From a virus (lineage: Duplodnaviria; Caudoviricetes), in the IMG/VR virus record IMGVR_UViG_3300048856_000121, positions 1-40,643 of that record: a stretch of DNA of 40,643 bases, one strand, 5' to 3'. Made by a program: the position numbers and the translations under genes. Of the stretch, positions 1 to 8,798 are shown in pieces (position 1 is the stretch's first letter; every line of letters begins with the position of its first letter). The notes beneath the pieces were generated by a model that was not told the DNA's origin, made no database searches, and worked only from the letters and a program-made list of their open reading frames with translations.

Positions 1-180
1 ATGGCTTACGCAGGCACGATCAGCCCGCCCCGCGCTCGCATCCCGCGCCTAGGGTTCCAGATCAAGGTGACGCGCGAGAAGGGCACGGGCGGCGGTGCCC
101 CCGATCCAGAGGACAAGCGGAGCATGTTCCGCCGGCTTTGGGACGGCCTGCGCAATCTGGTGAAGGTGCGGGTGAGGTGA
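1..180 (+). CDS. Hypothetical protein, 59 aa (MAYAGTISPPR...VKVRVR)
   Basis: ATG at 1; TGA at 178-180 overlaps the next GTG start (GTGA). Confidence 0.55.
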   Translation: MAYAGTISPPRARIPRLGFQIKVTREKGTGGGAPDPEDKRSMFRRLWDGLRNLVKVRVR

Positions 181-401
181 CCTTCACCGAGGATGCAGCG
201 CGCTTCACCGCGGCGCTGGAAGATCTTGGCTTCACGCAGGCGAGCTTCTGCCGGTTCCTGATGGACCATGGCGATCCCAGGAAGCTCCCTGCCCTGCAGC
301 GTCAGATCGGGCGCTTCTCGCGGGGAGAGAGGTCAGTCAGCGGCGAGATGTGGGTGCTGCTGGGTCTGCTGAAGCGGCAGAAGGGCCGAGAGCAGGAATG
401 A
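177..401 (+). CDS. Small HTH (XRE-like) DNA-binding protein
   Basis: LEDLGFTQASFCRFL...IGRFSRGERSVS resembles an XRE HTH; GTGA coupling to the upstream ORF. Confidence 0.65.
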   Translation: MTFTEDAARFTAALEDLGFTQASFCRFLMDHGDPRKLPALQRQIGRFSRGERSVSGEMWVLLGLLKRQKGREQE

Positions 402-434
402 GAAACCGGCCGGCAGGTCTCCCCACCAGGCGGC
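402..434. repeat. Degenerate copy of the 744-778 terminator hairpin
   Basis: gaaaccggccggcagg-tctccccacc-aggcgg versus gaaagccgcccggcagg-attgctcccacc-gggcgg. Confidence 0.5.
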
Positions 435-610
435 GTTAAAAAACCGAACCGTAATTAGGTCAGAGGGTTCGGCCGTATCTCGTGCTGTAGGCCGAGTTCG
501 AAACCGGCTGCCTGAAGGAAGCGCTCCAAAGGAGTGCCCTGTACCGTCAGATGGTGCCCCTGCGTGTCCATCCACGCCGCTACAGCCTGAGGATCATAGC
601 ACGGGTGCGC

Positions 611-675
611 TCAGCCTTGTCGCATGAGATCGGCCATCCGCTTGGCCCTCGCGGGAGTTTGTCTCGCCCACAGGC
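611..675 (-). pseudogene. Relic 3' end of a second endolysin gene
   Basis: Encodes LWARQTPARAKRMADLMRQG*, versus LWAKQTPARAKRMADLMREG* at the end of the intact endolysin. Confidence 0.85.
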
Positions 676-743
676 AGAGAGCGGAAGACGGCGCGCTGGA
701 GGAAGGACATAGCAACGCTGTGGCACGACCGAGGCTGCCAAAC

Positions 744-783
744 GAAAGCCGCCCGGCAGGATTGCTCCCACCGGGCGGATTTA
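744..783. terminator. Probable intrinsic terminator downstream of the lysis genes
   Basis: Stem CCGCCCGG (749-756) / CCGGGCGG (771-778) flanked by AAA and ATTT. Confidence 0.55.
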
Positions 784-967
784 ATCTTCTCGCCTCCAGC
801 CCCCCAGCCGGAAGCTGCGCCAGCGGTTTCCCCACCTGCTGGCGCCGCGGGTGAGTAGCGGCGTCAGCAATCATCACGCAAGAGTGATTTCTTGCATGGC
901 GTGCAAATACATGCCCGGACCTGCCGGATTAGGGCATACTCGGAACTCACGGGATTGCGAGTTCAGT

Positions 968-1135
968 ATGAGCACAGAGTTCTGGGTGCGTATGTGGCAC
1001 GGGCAGGCAGCGAGCCTGATGCGCTACGAAGGCGAGACCGCAATCGTGTACGTAGCCGGCGAGGAACTGCACTTACCTAAGGAGACTTGGCAGTCTCTCC
1101 CGCCATACGAGAGCGTTCGGGTTGTAGCGGCGTAA
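968..1135 (+). CDS. Hypothetical protein, 55 aa (moron)
   Basis: MSTEFWVRMWHG... has protein-like composition; followed by hairpin tcggcgg/ctgccga near 1141-1163. Confidence 0.5.
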   Translation: MSTEFWVRMWHGQAASLMRYEGETAIVYVAGEELHLPKETWQSLPPYESVRVVAA

Positions 1136-1171
1136 CTCACTCGGCGGGATCGTTCGCTGCCGAATGGGAAT

Positions 1172-1819
1172 TCACCCCTCCCGCATCAGATCCGCCATCC
1201 GCTTCGCCCGCGCCGGGGTCTGCTTAGCCCACAGGCTGTTCAGCATGCCGGAGGCGGCGCCGGCGTAGTCGCCGCGCTCCACCATCGCCAGGGTGTTCTT
1301 GAACGCCATCAGCCCGGCGATGCCCATCTGGAAGGCCATGGCCTCCAGCACCATGCGGCGAACCGGCGTCAGGCGCGTGGACCATGGCAGCGCCTTGGCG
1401 ACCTGCTCCCGCACCTCCACCACATCGTTGGCCAGCAGATAGCGCGCCTCGGATGCGGTGATACCCTTGCGGTTCAGGGCGCGGCCAATGCCGATGGTCG
1501 GGTGGCCAACCACCTGCGTGCCCCGCCCGATGGCCTTGCCGGTCGCATCGTCATAGACGGTCAGGCGAAGGCCCTCCTCCACGATCAGGAGATCGGTCAG
1601 GGCCGCAACGGGATCGGTGGTCGCCACAGGCGCCTCCTTCGGGATGGAAGTGTTCGCCGGGGCGGGAGGAACCTCCCCCACCCCGTAGACGGGCACCACC
1701 TGCCCGGGGTGATAGACCCCGGGCACGGGCACCAGAGCGGCGGGCGCTTGGGCGGTGCCAGCGGCCGGAGCCTCCCGCCCCAAGCCCAAGAAAGCGAACA
1801 GGCGGTCGAGGAAGGTCAT
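1172..1819 (-). CDS. Endolysin, GH24 / T4-lysozyme-like muramidase with N-terminal extension
   Basis: EEGLRLTVYDD...PTIGIG (E-D-T triad), MAFQMG, SLWAKQTPARAKR motifs. Confidence 0.93.
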   Translation of the reverse strand: MTFLDRLFAFLGLGREAPAAGTAQAPAALVPVPGVYHPGQVVPVYGVGEVPPAPANTSIPKEAPVATTDPVAALTDLLIVEEGLRLTVYDDATGKAIGRGTQVVGHPTIGIGRALNRKGITASEARYLLANDVVEVREQVAKALPWSTRLTPVRRMVLEAMAFQMGIAGLMAFKNTLAMVERGDYAGAASGMLNSLWAKQTPARAKRMADLMREG

Positions 1820-2172
1820 TGCCCCTTCACCTCGCCAGCCTTGATCGCGGACAGCGCGCGGTTGATGGCGCGCTCTGCCGCCGCCTGCCCGCCATCCAGG
1901 ATGCGTGCTGCGTCCGGCAGCCCCTTCACCATCTCGGCCGCCTTGGCGGGAACGCTGGCCGCCGGGTTCGTCGGGTCCGCGATCTCCGCAGCGGCACCGG
2001 CCGCCACGTCAGTCCAGCGGCGCCAGGCGCGGGTGGTGATGAACTCGGTCAGCGCGGCGCGGGCCACAGGGAGCAGCGCCAGGACGGCGTATCCGGCCAG
2101 GCCGAGTAGGCCAGCAGCCAAGGCCCGCAGCAGCGCATCAAGCGCCACGCGGATATCCTCCCATGTCTCCAT
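1816..2172 (-). CDS. Holin candidate, single transmembrane segment
   Basis: Hydrophobic LAAGLLGLAGYAVLALLPV; ATGA overlap with endolysin; GGAG SD. Confidence 0.6.
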   Translation of the reverse strand: METWEDIRVALDALLRALAAGLLGLAGYAVLALLPVARAALTEFITTRAWRRWTDVAAGAAAEIADPTNPAASVPAKAAEMVKGLPDAARILDGGQAAAERAINRALSAIKAGEVKGQ

Positions 2173-2282
2173 GGCGGGTCACTCCAGATTGTCAGGGATG
2201 CCGGGATGCGCCCCGGCTGCGGTTACTCAGGACAGGGAAGCCGCCTTTAGGCTAAGCTTGCGCCTGTGGATGAGGGCTAGAC

Positions 2283-2513
2283 GTGGCCGAGCAACGAACG
2301 ACCCTAACCACCGAGCAATTGCGGGTGCTGAAGTTTTGCGCCCGATCGCCCGGATGGATCAGCTTGCTGGAACTGGAAACCATCAAGCTGCTGGAGCCGG
2401 ACGATGTGGTAACGGTGCCCTCACTCGTTGAGCGAAACCTGCTCCGACATGAAGCCGTCATCCAAGCGGTAGCCATCACCCCCGCAGGGCAGGTGCTGGC
2501 AGATGAACACTGA
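2283..2513 (+). CDS. Small winged-helix-like hypothetical protein (antisense moron)
   Basis: LTTEQLRVLKF...SLVERNLL...ITPAGQ pattern; stop abuts the convergent stop at 2514. Confidence 0.6.
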   Translation: MAEQRTTLTTEQLRVLKFCARSPGWISLLELETIKLLEPDDVVTVPSLVERNLLRHEAVIQAVAITPAGQVLADEH

Positions 2514-4310
2514 TCAGCTCAGCGCGACGCTCAGCAGCGGGTCGCGGGCATAGTCGGACGCCTGGGTAAAGGGCGCGCCATCGGCTGGCAGGGCATCGAA
2601 TAGCGCGCGGGCCTCGGCATCGCCGAAGAGGTCGGCATAGCCGGCGAGGGTCGAGCGTGCCCACTGCGCGTAGTTGCCATCTGTCTTGGCCCAGCCGGCG
2701 CCATTGGACCAGTTGCGGGCCTTGGTCTGGGCGGTGATCTCAGCCCAGGTCGAGTAGATGCGGCCGGTCTTGGGATCGCTGATGGCCAGCAGGTAGGTCA
2801 CGCCATCGCGGCCGAGACCATCGAAGCGGCCCACCAGGAAGTTCCGCGCCCACTTCAGGTAGGTCAGCGCGTCCTCGTTGCCCCGCCGTGCCGCCGCGAT
2901 GGCGGTAGAGGCGAAGTAATCCTGCTGCCATGGCGGCAGCGCGCCCTTGGTGCCGTATTCGCCCGGCAGCCAGCCGTGTGCCTCGCCCTGCTGCTGCGTC
3001 CAGATCGGGATATTGTCCAGGATCCAGCGCCAGTTGGCTTCCGAGACGGCGGTGAAGTAGGCCTTCTCCGCGCTGCCATCCGGGCTAGCCCAGGCCGCCT
3101 CGTCGATCTGCCGCAGGGACCAGGCGGAGCCGCGGACCTGATTGCCCTGAACCACCAGCATGTCGGAGCTGCCCCTCGCGTCGGGCCAGATGCCGATGAC
3201 GTTCCAGGCGGCTTGGGCCTGCAGGTTGTCCAGGAAGGCGCGGCGGCCGGTCAGCAGGTAGGGCACGAACGACAGATCCGGCTGGTGCGGGCCATCCAGA
3301 TCCCAGCCGGTATCGCCCGGCACAGGCTGCAGCAGCGTGCCCCTGCCCGGCTCGCCACCACGGCCGTCGGTCCAGAGGCGCGGCCAGTCGGTCACGCGCA
3401 GCCACGTGCCGCGCTCTGCGTCCCAATGGTGCCAAGGGATGCCGCCGGCGGCTTCAGCTTGGGCGATGACATAGGCGCGCATCCGCTCGTCACGGGTCAT
3501 TATCGCGATGGCCTGGGGTGCCGTCGCTGGCCCGATGTCGGGACGACCACCAGTGCCGGGCATGTTCTGGGTGATGCCGCGCGGAGAGAACGGGTCGTCG
3601 CCCCAGGCGGCCATGGCCGCGACGTAGCGGTCCACAACAGCCTGATCGACCGGGCCGGCGTAGTTGGCCACCCCCGCCTTCCGCAGCGTCGTGGCATCAG
3701 GCCACGCACCGTCCGGCAGCGGACCGGCGCTCACCAGCCGGCCCCAGGCGCGGTACTGCTGGTGACGCGGCACGTCCTGGCGCAGCACATCGGCACCATC
3801 CAGTACGACGCGGACGGAGTAGCGCGCCTCGCCGCCGCCGGGACGCATGGAGATGTCGTTGCGGAACCACACATCGGCCCAGCGAACCCCGCCGCGTCGC
3901 CCGTGATCCACCACCAGCCGCAGCGAAGTCGAGCCAGCAATCTCGGCAGGCACCTCGACCATGAGCCGCGCATCCTCGGCCTCAGGCAGATCGACCGGCC
4001 AGAGCGTGCCGGCGGCAGAGGTGATCTCGATCCGCCCATTGCCCTGCGGTACCGGCGTTGGCTGCTCTGGCGTCGGCGTCACGACGACCGGCGGCTCAGG
4101 ATCGACGGGAGGCGGCGTGGAGACAATCGGCCCCTCGCCCAGCACCGTCATCGCCTCGCGCATCGCCCGCACCTCTCGCGTCATGGACGAGACGGCATCG
4201 GCCATGCGCGCCATGGCGGCATCAGTCACGCCAAGCTGCTCAGCGACGACTTCACGCACGATCACGCGCAGCCAAGCATCCAGCGCCGAGGCGCCTGATG
4301 GTTCGGTCAT
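2514..4310 (-). CDS. 598-aa protein: N-terminal helix, Pro-rich linker, large aromatic-rich domain (possible polysaccharide-active enzyme)
   Basis: Long ORF with strong codon bias; motifs GGRPDIG, HQPDLSFVPYLLTG, QVRGSAWSLR, PWQQDY; start MTEPS at 4310; function is inference. Confidence 0.7.
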   Translation of the reverse strand: MTEPSGASALDAWLRVIVREVVAEQLGVTDAAMARMADAVSSMTREVRAMREAMTVLGEGPIVSTPPPVDPEPPVVVTPTPEQPTPVPQGNGRIEITSAAGTLWPVDLPEAEDARLMVEVPAEIAGSTSLRLVVDHGRRGGVRWADVWFRNDISMRPGGGEARYSVRVVLDGADVLRQDVPRHQQYRAWGRLVSAGPLPDGAWPDATTLRKAGVANYAGPVDQAVVDRYVAAMAAWGDDPFSPRGITQNMPGTGGRPDIGPATAPQAIAIMTRDERMRAYVIAQAEAAGGIPWHHWDAERGTWLRVTDWPRLWTDGRGGEPGRGTLLQPVPGDTGWDLDGPHQPDLSFVPYLLTGRRAFLDNLQAQAAWNVIGIWPDARGSSDMLVVQGNQVRGSAWSLRQIDEAAWASPDGSAEKAYFTAVSEANWRWILDNIPIWTQQQGEAHGWLPGEYGTKGALPPWQQDYFASTAIAAARRGNEDALTYLKWARNFLVGRFDGLGRDGVTYLLAISDPKTGRIYSTWAEITAQTKARNWSNGAGWAKTDGNYAQWARSTLAGYADLFGDAEARALFDALPADGAPFTQASDYARDPLLSVALS

Positions 4311-4356
4311 GATGGATTTCCGGTTGTGATGATGCCGGCGGCCGGCCGGCGGCGGG

Positions 4357-4758
4357 TTACTTCGCGGGTGGGAGCGGGATCGGATCTTCCACGCCGTCAG
4401 GAAGATGCAGGTTCTCGCTCCAGGTCGGCTGTGGATGGCCCTGGATGCGCGCCGCGCTCTCTGCCACCTGCCGAGCATCCAGCGTGTGGCGCTTCATGTT
4501 GTGGGCCGCGTGGAACCACCACAAGCTGATCTGATACCAGCGCAGTCCGCTCCGGCGCTCGTATTCGCGCTCGTCCTCTGCCCTCTCAAGTTTTTCCTCC
4601 AGCCGCTCGTTCTCGGCTGTCAGGCTCGCCACAGTGGCCTCGGCGGCCTTGCTGCTCCGGTTCATGCTCGCCGCGTAGATGACACCGATGGGCGTCAGGA
4701 TCGCAGCCAGGGCAGTGCCAGCGGCAGCTACCAGCTTCTCCACGCCCTCCAACTGCAT
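4357..4758 (-). CDS. Membrane-anchored coiled-coil protein (lysis-associated candidate)
   Basis: N-terminal TM segment then ENERLEEKLERAEDERE coiled coil. Confidence 0.7.
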   Translation of the reverse strand: MQLEGVEKLVAAAGTALAAILTPIGVIYAASMNRSSKAAEATVASLTAENERLEEKLERAEDEREYERRSGLRWYQISLWWFHAAHNMKRHTLDARQVAESAARIQGHPQPTWSENLHLPDGVEDPIPLPPAK

Positions 4759-4759
4759 C

Positions 4760-5179
4760 TCAGTAGTGCCTCCAGAGCCGGTACAGCACGGCGCCAGCCA
4801 GCAGCGGCGCAGCCAGGGCCGGCACCAACAGGGGATTGGTGTTGATGTCGGACAGAACGGCGTTGACGAAGACGGTCAGGATGAAGTGCGACCAGAACAC
4901 AAGTGACGAGCCGGCCGCGCAGAGCCGTGCCTGATAGCCCCACTTCGTTCCGCCGAAGCGGAGCGCCAGCACGTGCATCCCTGCGAGTAGCAATCCCGCA
5001 ACAGTCCAAGTGATGGGCGAGATGGCGACTGTGAGCGTCAGGCTGGGGCGTTGGTGCAACTCGGGATAGTTGGACAGCGCGTAGATGAATTGCAGCCCGC
5101 CGAGCATCGCGCACAGAAGTTCACCCCACTCAGGTGTCCGGAACGGGTGCAGCAGGTAGTTGATGGTGCGCCTGGGCAT
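4760..5179 (-). CDS. Membrane protein with about 4 TM segments (holin-like candidate)
   Basis: Four hydrophobic stretches; GAGGGAG SD upstream. Confidence 0.7.
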   Translation of the reverse strand: MPRRTINYLLHPFRTPEWGELLCAMLGGLQFIYALSNYPELHQRPSLTLTVAISPITWTVAGLLLAGMHVLALRFGGTKWGYQARLCAAGSSLVFWSHFILTVFVNAVLSDINTNPLLVPALAAPLLAGAVLYRLWRHY

Positions 5180-5182
5180 GCA

Positions 5183-5224
5183 TCACTCCCTCAACCACGT
5201 GCGGATGCGGCGGATGGCGGTCAT
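5183..5224 (-). CDS. 13-aa mini-ORF MTAIRRIRTWLRE
   Basis: ATGA overlap with the upstream stop at 5221; contains the SD of the next gene. Confidence 0.35.
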   Translation of the reverse strand: MTAIRRIRTWLRE

Positions 5225-5502
5225 GGCGACTGGCCATCCAGCACGGCCCGCGCCCGATCGACCACCCAGGCATCTCCCTCGGGCAGATCATGCGGCGACA
5301 GGGCAGCCACGCGCTGGAGATGCTGCGCCAGCCACGTGTACTCCGCCGCCAAGCTCGGGTGCTCAGCCCCCGCACCGCCGCCCTCGATGGTCAGGAACAG
5401 GCCGCGCAGCCCTTCCGGGAGGCCATCCACATCGACGGCCGCGATCTCCAGCAGCCCTGCACGGAGGCGCCTGATCTCCGCAATCGCGCCGGTGCCGCTC
5501 AT
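5221..5502 (-). CDS. Hypothetical protein, 93 aa
   Basis: ATGA overlap with the upstream gene; operon context. Confidence 0.65.
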   Translation of the reverse strand: MSGTGAIAEIRRLRAGLLEIAAVDVDGLPEGLRGLFLTIEGGGAGAEHPSLAAEYTWLAQHLQRVAALSPHDLPEGDAWVVDRARAVLDGQSP

Positions 5503-6248
5503 GCCAGAACTAGCCCGCGATCAGCCATCCGTTCCTTCGAACGGGTGAAGATGCTGGAGATGGCAGTGGCGTCCTTGGCGTCGGGGAACGGAATGAACTC
5601 GGCCAGATCCAACGGGGTCTCCGTGTAGCCAGCCTGCGTCCGGTAGGCGTTGCCGACCGCCATCTTACGCATCGGGGTGGCAAGCGTCTTGGCGCCGGTC
5701 TTGGTAGCGGTCTTGAGTGGACCAGAGCCGGCGCTGATGTAGATCGTGCGATCTGTCGCAGTGCGGGAGACCGCGCCGAACAGCCACACATCAGCAGGGG
5801 CAGAACCCGAACCGGCATCCAGCGCTGACGAATAACCCCTAGGGAAATCAGCGAAGCGGCCGAGGTTGTTGACGAAGAGGAATTCGCCGCCCGCACCGGC
5901 ACTTCCTGTCTCCGAGCCAAGCAGAATGGAGAAGAGGCCCGCCGCAGCATGGTGGCGGAACACAAAGCACTCGGTGCCGACCGCGTTGTCATCGAACGGC
6001 GTGGTCAGGGCAGAGACACCACCGCCGGGCAGCGTCAGATAGGCGCCGGGATAGGTGGGCGCCAAGCCGGTTGGTGTCAGCACCAGCCCGGACTTGGTGC
6101 CGATCAGCGAAGAACTGCTGCCCTTGTCGAACAGCCAGTGATCGATGGCGCCAGCCTCATAATCCGGGTAGTCCGGCATCAGCGAGGCCGGCACCTTCGG
6201 CAAGGTCGTATCGGTGACGGTCACGTCCACAACGGTGACAGCAGGCAT
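5499..6248 (-). CDS. Beta-sandwich (LamG/concanavalin-like) virion-associated protein
   Basis: HWLFD...WLFGAVSR...RTIYI...LDLAEFIPF pattern; follows the tail fibre. Confidence 0.65.
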   Translation of the reverse strand: MPAVTVVDVTVTDTTLPKVPASLMPDYPDYEAGAIDHWLFDKGSSSSLIGTKSGLVLTPTGLAPTYPGAYLTLPGGGVSALTTPFDDNAVGTECFVFRHHAAAGLFSILLGSETGSAGAGGEFLFVNNLGRFADFPRGYSSALDAGSGSAPADVWLFGAVSRTATDRTIYISAGSGPLKTATKTGAKTLATPMRKMAVGNAYRTQAGYTETPLDLAEFIPFPDAKDATAISSIFTRSKERMADRGLVLA

Positions 6249-6258
6249 GTGCCGTTCC

Positions 6259-8358
6259 TCAATTTCGGGTTGTCAGGAGGTATTCGACCGCGGCGTCCAG
6301 CACATCGCCTGGCGGGGCGGTGTAGGGGCCGAAGGGGTCGCAGTAGATTTTATTCATGCCGACGCGGCTTGAGACGTAGGATCGCCGGTTTGGCTTGTCC
6401 CAGCCTCTGAGCCAGCGCATCTCCAGCGCGTAGCCGGACGGACCCCAAAGCTTTATGTCACCGGACTTGGTTGTGATCTGCGCGAAACCATCCTGGCTTA
6501 CGTCCTCGACTTCCCAGAACCGATCATCGCGAGCCGCCGCATTGCTGATCACCGTCCCATTGCTGTGGGTGCGGGCGACGCAAGCCATGGCGAGGTAGGC
6601 GCCAACCGCGCCACCCGGGTAGGTCAGCCCAACCAGATGCTCGACGCGATTGGAGAGCACCCACCGCACGCCGCCGTCATCGCGCGTGAATTCCCAGCGC
6701 CGCAGCAGGTCGTAGACCTGATCACCCTTGGGCACCCATGTGGTCTCGGTGGTTGACCCGGGCCGCCAGCCGGCCGACCGCTGGAACATCTCGAAGCGCC
6801 GGCACTCGATCCGCTGCCCGGCGTTGATGGTGATCGGCACCCCGTCCGCCATGGCGAAGAAGCTGGTCTTCTCTTCGTTGCCGTGGTTGTTGCCGCCGAC
6901 GAAGTTAGCCCAGCCTGCCGCCTGAAGCGCACACTCCTGCTCGCCCTCGATGAAGATTTCCTGGCCAAGGGTGAAGGCGCCGTCGTTGCCGATGGCGCTC
7001 TCGTAGACGTTGTGGACCCGCCACACGTCGCTGTTCTTCGCCGGCTGCGCCAGGTTCTTGATGACGAAGGTGACGTACTTCGCAGAGTTTGCGATCTGCC
7101 CCTTGGCGTGCAGGCGGATCTCGGTCGCGGACACGACCTGCGCCACCATCTCGGGGCGGAGGGCGCTGATGCCGGCGCCGACCAGCGGGTACCGCTGCCC
7201 TGTATCACGATCGTGCCATTCCAGAAGTCGCCGGCTCGGCACCGCGACCTTGGTGGCTACCACCCACCTGCCATTCAGGAGAAATGGCGGAATTTGGCGA
7301 ATGCCGCTTGTCCGCGTGTCCACAGCTTGGACCTGCGCAGCGGTGGCAGGAGGCCGCCAAGGCAGACCTGTGGCGACCACTATGCCGGCCAGCAGCGTCC
7401 GGTCTGTGTTGACGAGAGTAGGCTGAACCCACTCGCCTTCCACGAGAACCGGGGGCATCTCAATAATCGACTTCACGCGGTTCTGCGTCGCCGCCAGCCC
7501 GGTGCCGACCGCTGCCAACGTCAGGCTGCTGGTCTGCACCCAGGCGCCGTTCCGCTTCGTGTAGATGCCGTTCAGCGCCGGGTTCGGGTCGCCGATGACT
7601 TGGACCGATTTGTTCTCGGCGTAGCTGCCCAGCACCGCCTCGATCTGCACGCGCGTATCGTAGCTATCGGTCAGGGACAGAGCGGCGGTGGCATTCGCGG
7701 CAGCCTGTTCCGCCTCGGCCACCTTCGTGCTGGTGGTCGCCGCGACCTGCTGCGCGGCGTCCCGCGCCGTCTCTGCTGCGGTGCGCGCACCCTGCGCCGC
7801 GATCCGCTCTTCGCGCGACATGTCCGCCGCGCCGAGCGCAACGGCCTCACTGGCGGCGGCATCGTCGGCGAAAGGCTTTGCGGCATCCGCGCCTGCCTTC
7901 GTGCCGGCCCGCTGCGCCTCGGGAAGCGCGGCACTGACCGCCGCCGCCGCCGCCACGGCCTGGACCTGTCCCCAGTCCGGTGTGCCGGTGCTGGTCAGCG
8001 TGACCTGGCCGATGGAGGACACGTCGAAGATCGCTTCCGCCGTCTGCACGATGGGCGTGGCGATGCTGAGCCAGACGGTATAGGTGCCGGGGACAGCGGT
8101 GGGGACAACCACCTGCCACGTCCCTGGCGCCGTTTCCACGGCCGTCAGCGGCTGCGCGGCGCTCTCGTCTTCCACGGTGCCCGGCATCCAGTAGAGCGCC
8201 GCGACACCCGTGGCGCCCGGCACCAACGCGCCAGTCTGATCGTCCCGCACATCGAACCAGACCGGCACATCCGAGCCGATGGTGACGCGCTGACGACGCG
8301 CGGACTTCCTGGGGCCTAGGCGCGGCTCCAGGAGCACGTCGAGGGCAGTGCCCGACAT
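6259..8358 (-). CDS. Tail fibre / receptor-binding protein
   Basis: N-terminal beta domain, Ala-rich helical repeats, DPNPALNGIYTK motif, large C-terminal domain; tail-distal position. Confidence 0.8.
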   Translation of the reverse strand: MSGTALDVLLEPRLGPRKSARRQRVTIGSDVPVWFDVRDDQTGALVPGATGVAALYWMPGTVEDESAAQPLTAVETAPGTWQVVVPTAVPGTYTVWLSIATPIVQTAEAIFDVSSIGQVTLTSTGTPDWGQVQAVAAAAAVSAALPEAQRAGTKAGADAAKPFADDAAASEAVALGAADMSREERIAAQGARTAAETARDAAQQVAATTSTKVAEAEQAAANATAALSLTDSYDTRVQIEAVLGSYAENKSVQVIGDPNPALNGIYTKRNGAWVQTSSLTLAAVGTGLAATQNRVKSIIEMPPVLVEGEWVQPTLVNTDRTLLAGIVVATGLPWRPPATAAQVQAVDTRTSGIRQIPPFLLNGRWVVATKVAVPSRRLLEWHDRDTGQRYPLVGAGISALRPEMVAQVVSATEIRLHAKGQIANSAKYVTFVIKNLAQPAKNSDVWRVHNVYESAIGNDGAFTLGQEIFIEGEQECALQAAGWANFVGGNNHGNEEKTSFFAMADGVPITINAGQRIECRRFEMFQRSAGWRPGSTTETTWVPKGDQVYDLLRRWEFTRDDGGVRWVLSNRVEHLVGLTYPGGAVGAYLAMACVARTHSNGTVISNAAARDDRFWEVEDVSQDGFAQITTKSGDIKLWGPSGYALEMRWLRGWDKPNRRSYVSSRVGMNKIYCDPFGPYTAPPGDVLDAAVEYLLTTRN

Positions 8359-8384
8359 GGCAATACTCCAGATTGTGGGGACGA

Positions 8385-8798
8385 TCAGAGGAGGACGGCG
8401 GCCCGGAACAGGTCGTCGATGCCCTCGCTGTCGAGGCCGAGGTCAGCCGCGATGGAGTTCAGCAGCGCATGATCACGCCGCACCTCCAGCGCGAAGTCCC
8501 ATTCTTCCTGCGCTTCCTCGCCGGCCGCGGCGATGGCTTCCTGGACCTGGGGCAGCAGGCCGGCCGACCGCAGCGCCTTGCGGGCTTGCAGCGGCGTGAC
8601 GCTCTCCGGCACGGGGATGCGGGTCGAGGCGCCGTCGCCGACCTGGGCCAGCGCCGCATTCAGCGCCGCCTGCGTCACGCCATCCACATACAGTCGCTCA
8701 CCGTCATAGCGGCGGGCGGCCATGTCCCCGTTGCCCGCGAGAGTGGCGATCCGGACCAGATCCGCCTGCGGGGAAACAAGCACAGATGCAGCGGCCAT
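8385..8798 (-). CDS. Conserved tail-fibre-associated protein
   Basis: VPESVTPLQARKAL...EWDFALEVRRDHALL...IDDLFRAA motif typical of genes next to phage fibres. Confidence 0.75.
   Translation of the reverse strand: MAAASVLVSPQADLVRIATLAGNGDMAARRYDGERLYVDGVTQAALNAALAQVGDGASTRIPVPESVTPLQARKALRSAGLLPQVQEAIAAAGEEAQEEWDFALEVRRDHALLNSIAADLGLDSEGIDDLFRAAVLL

Noticed and set aside
402-960. tRNA, CRISPR array or att core in the left intergenic region
   Set aside because: No cloverleaf, no regular repeat-spacer pattern, and no partner att repeat inside the window
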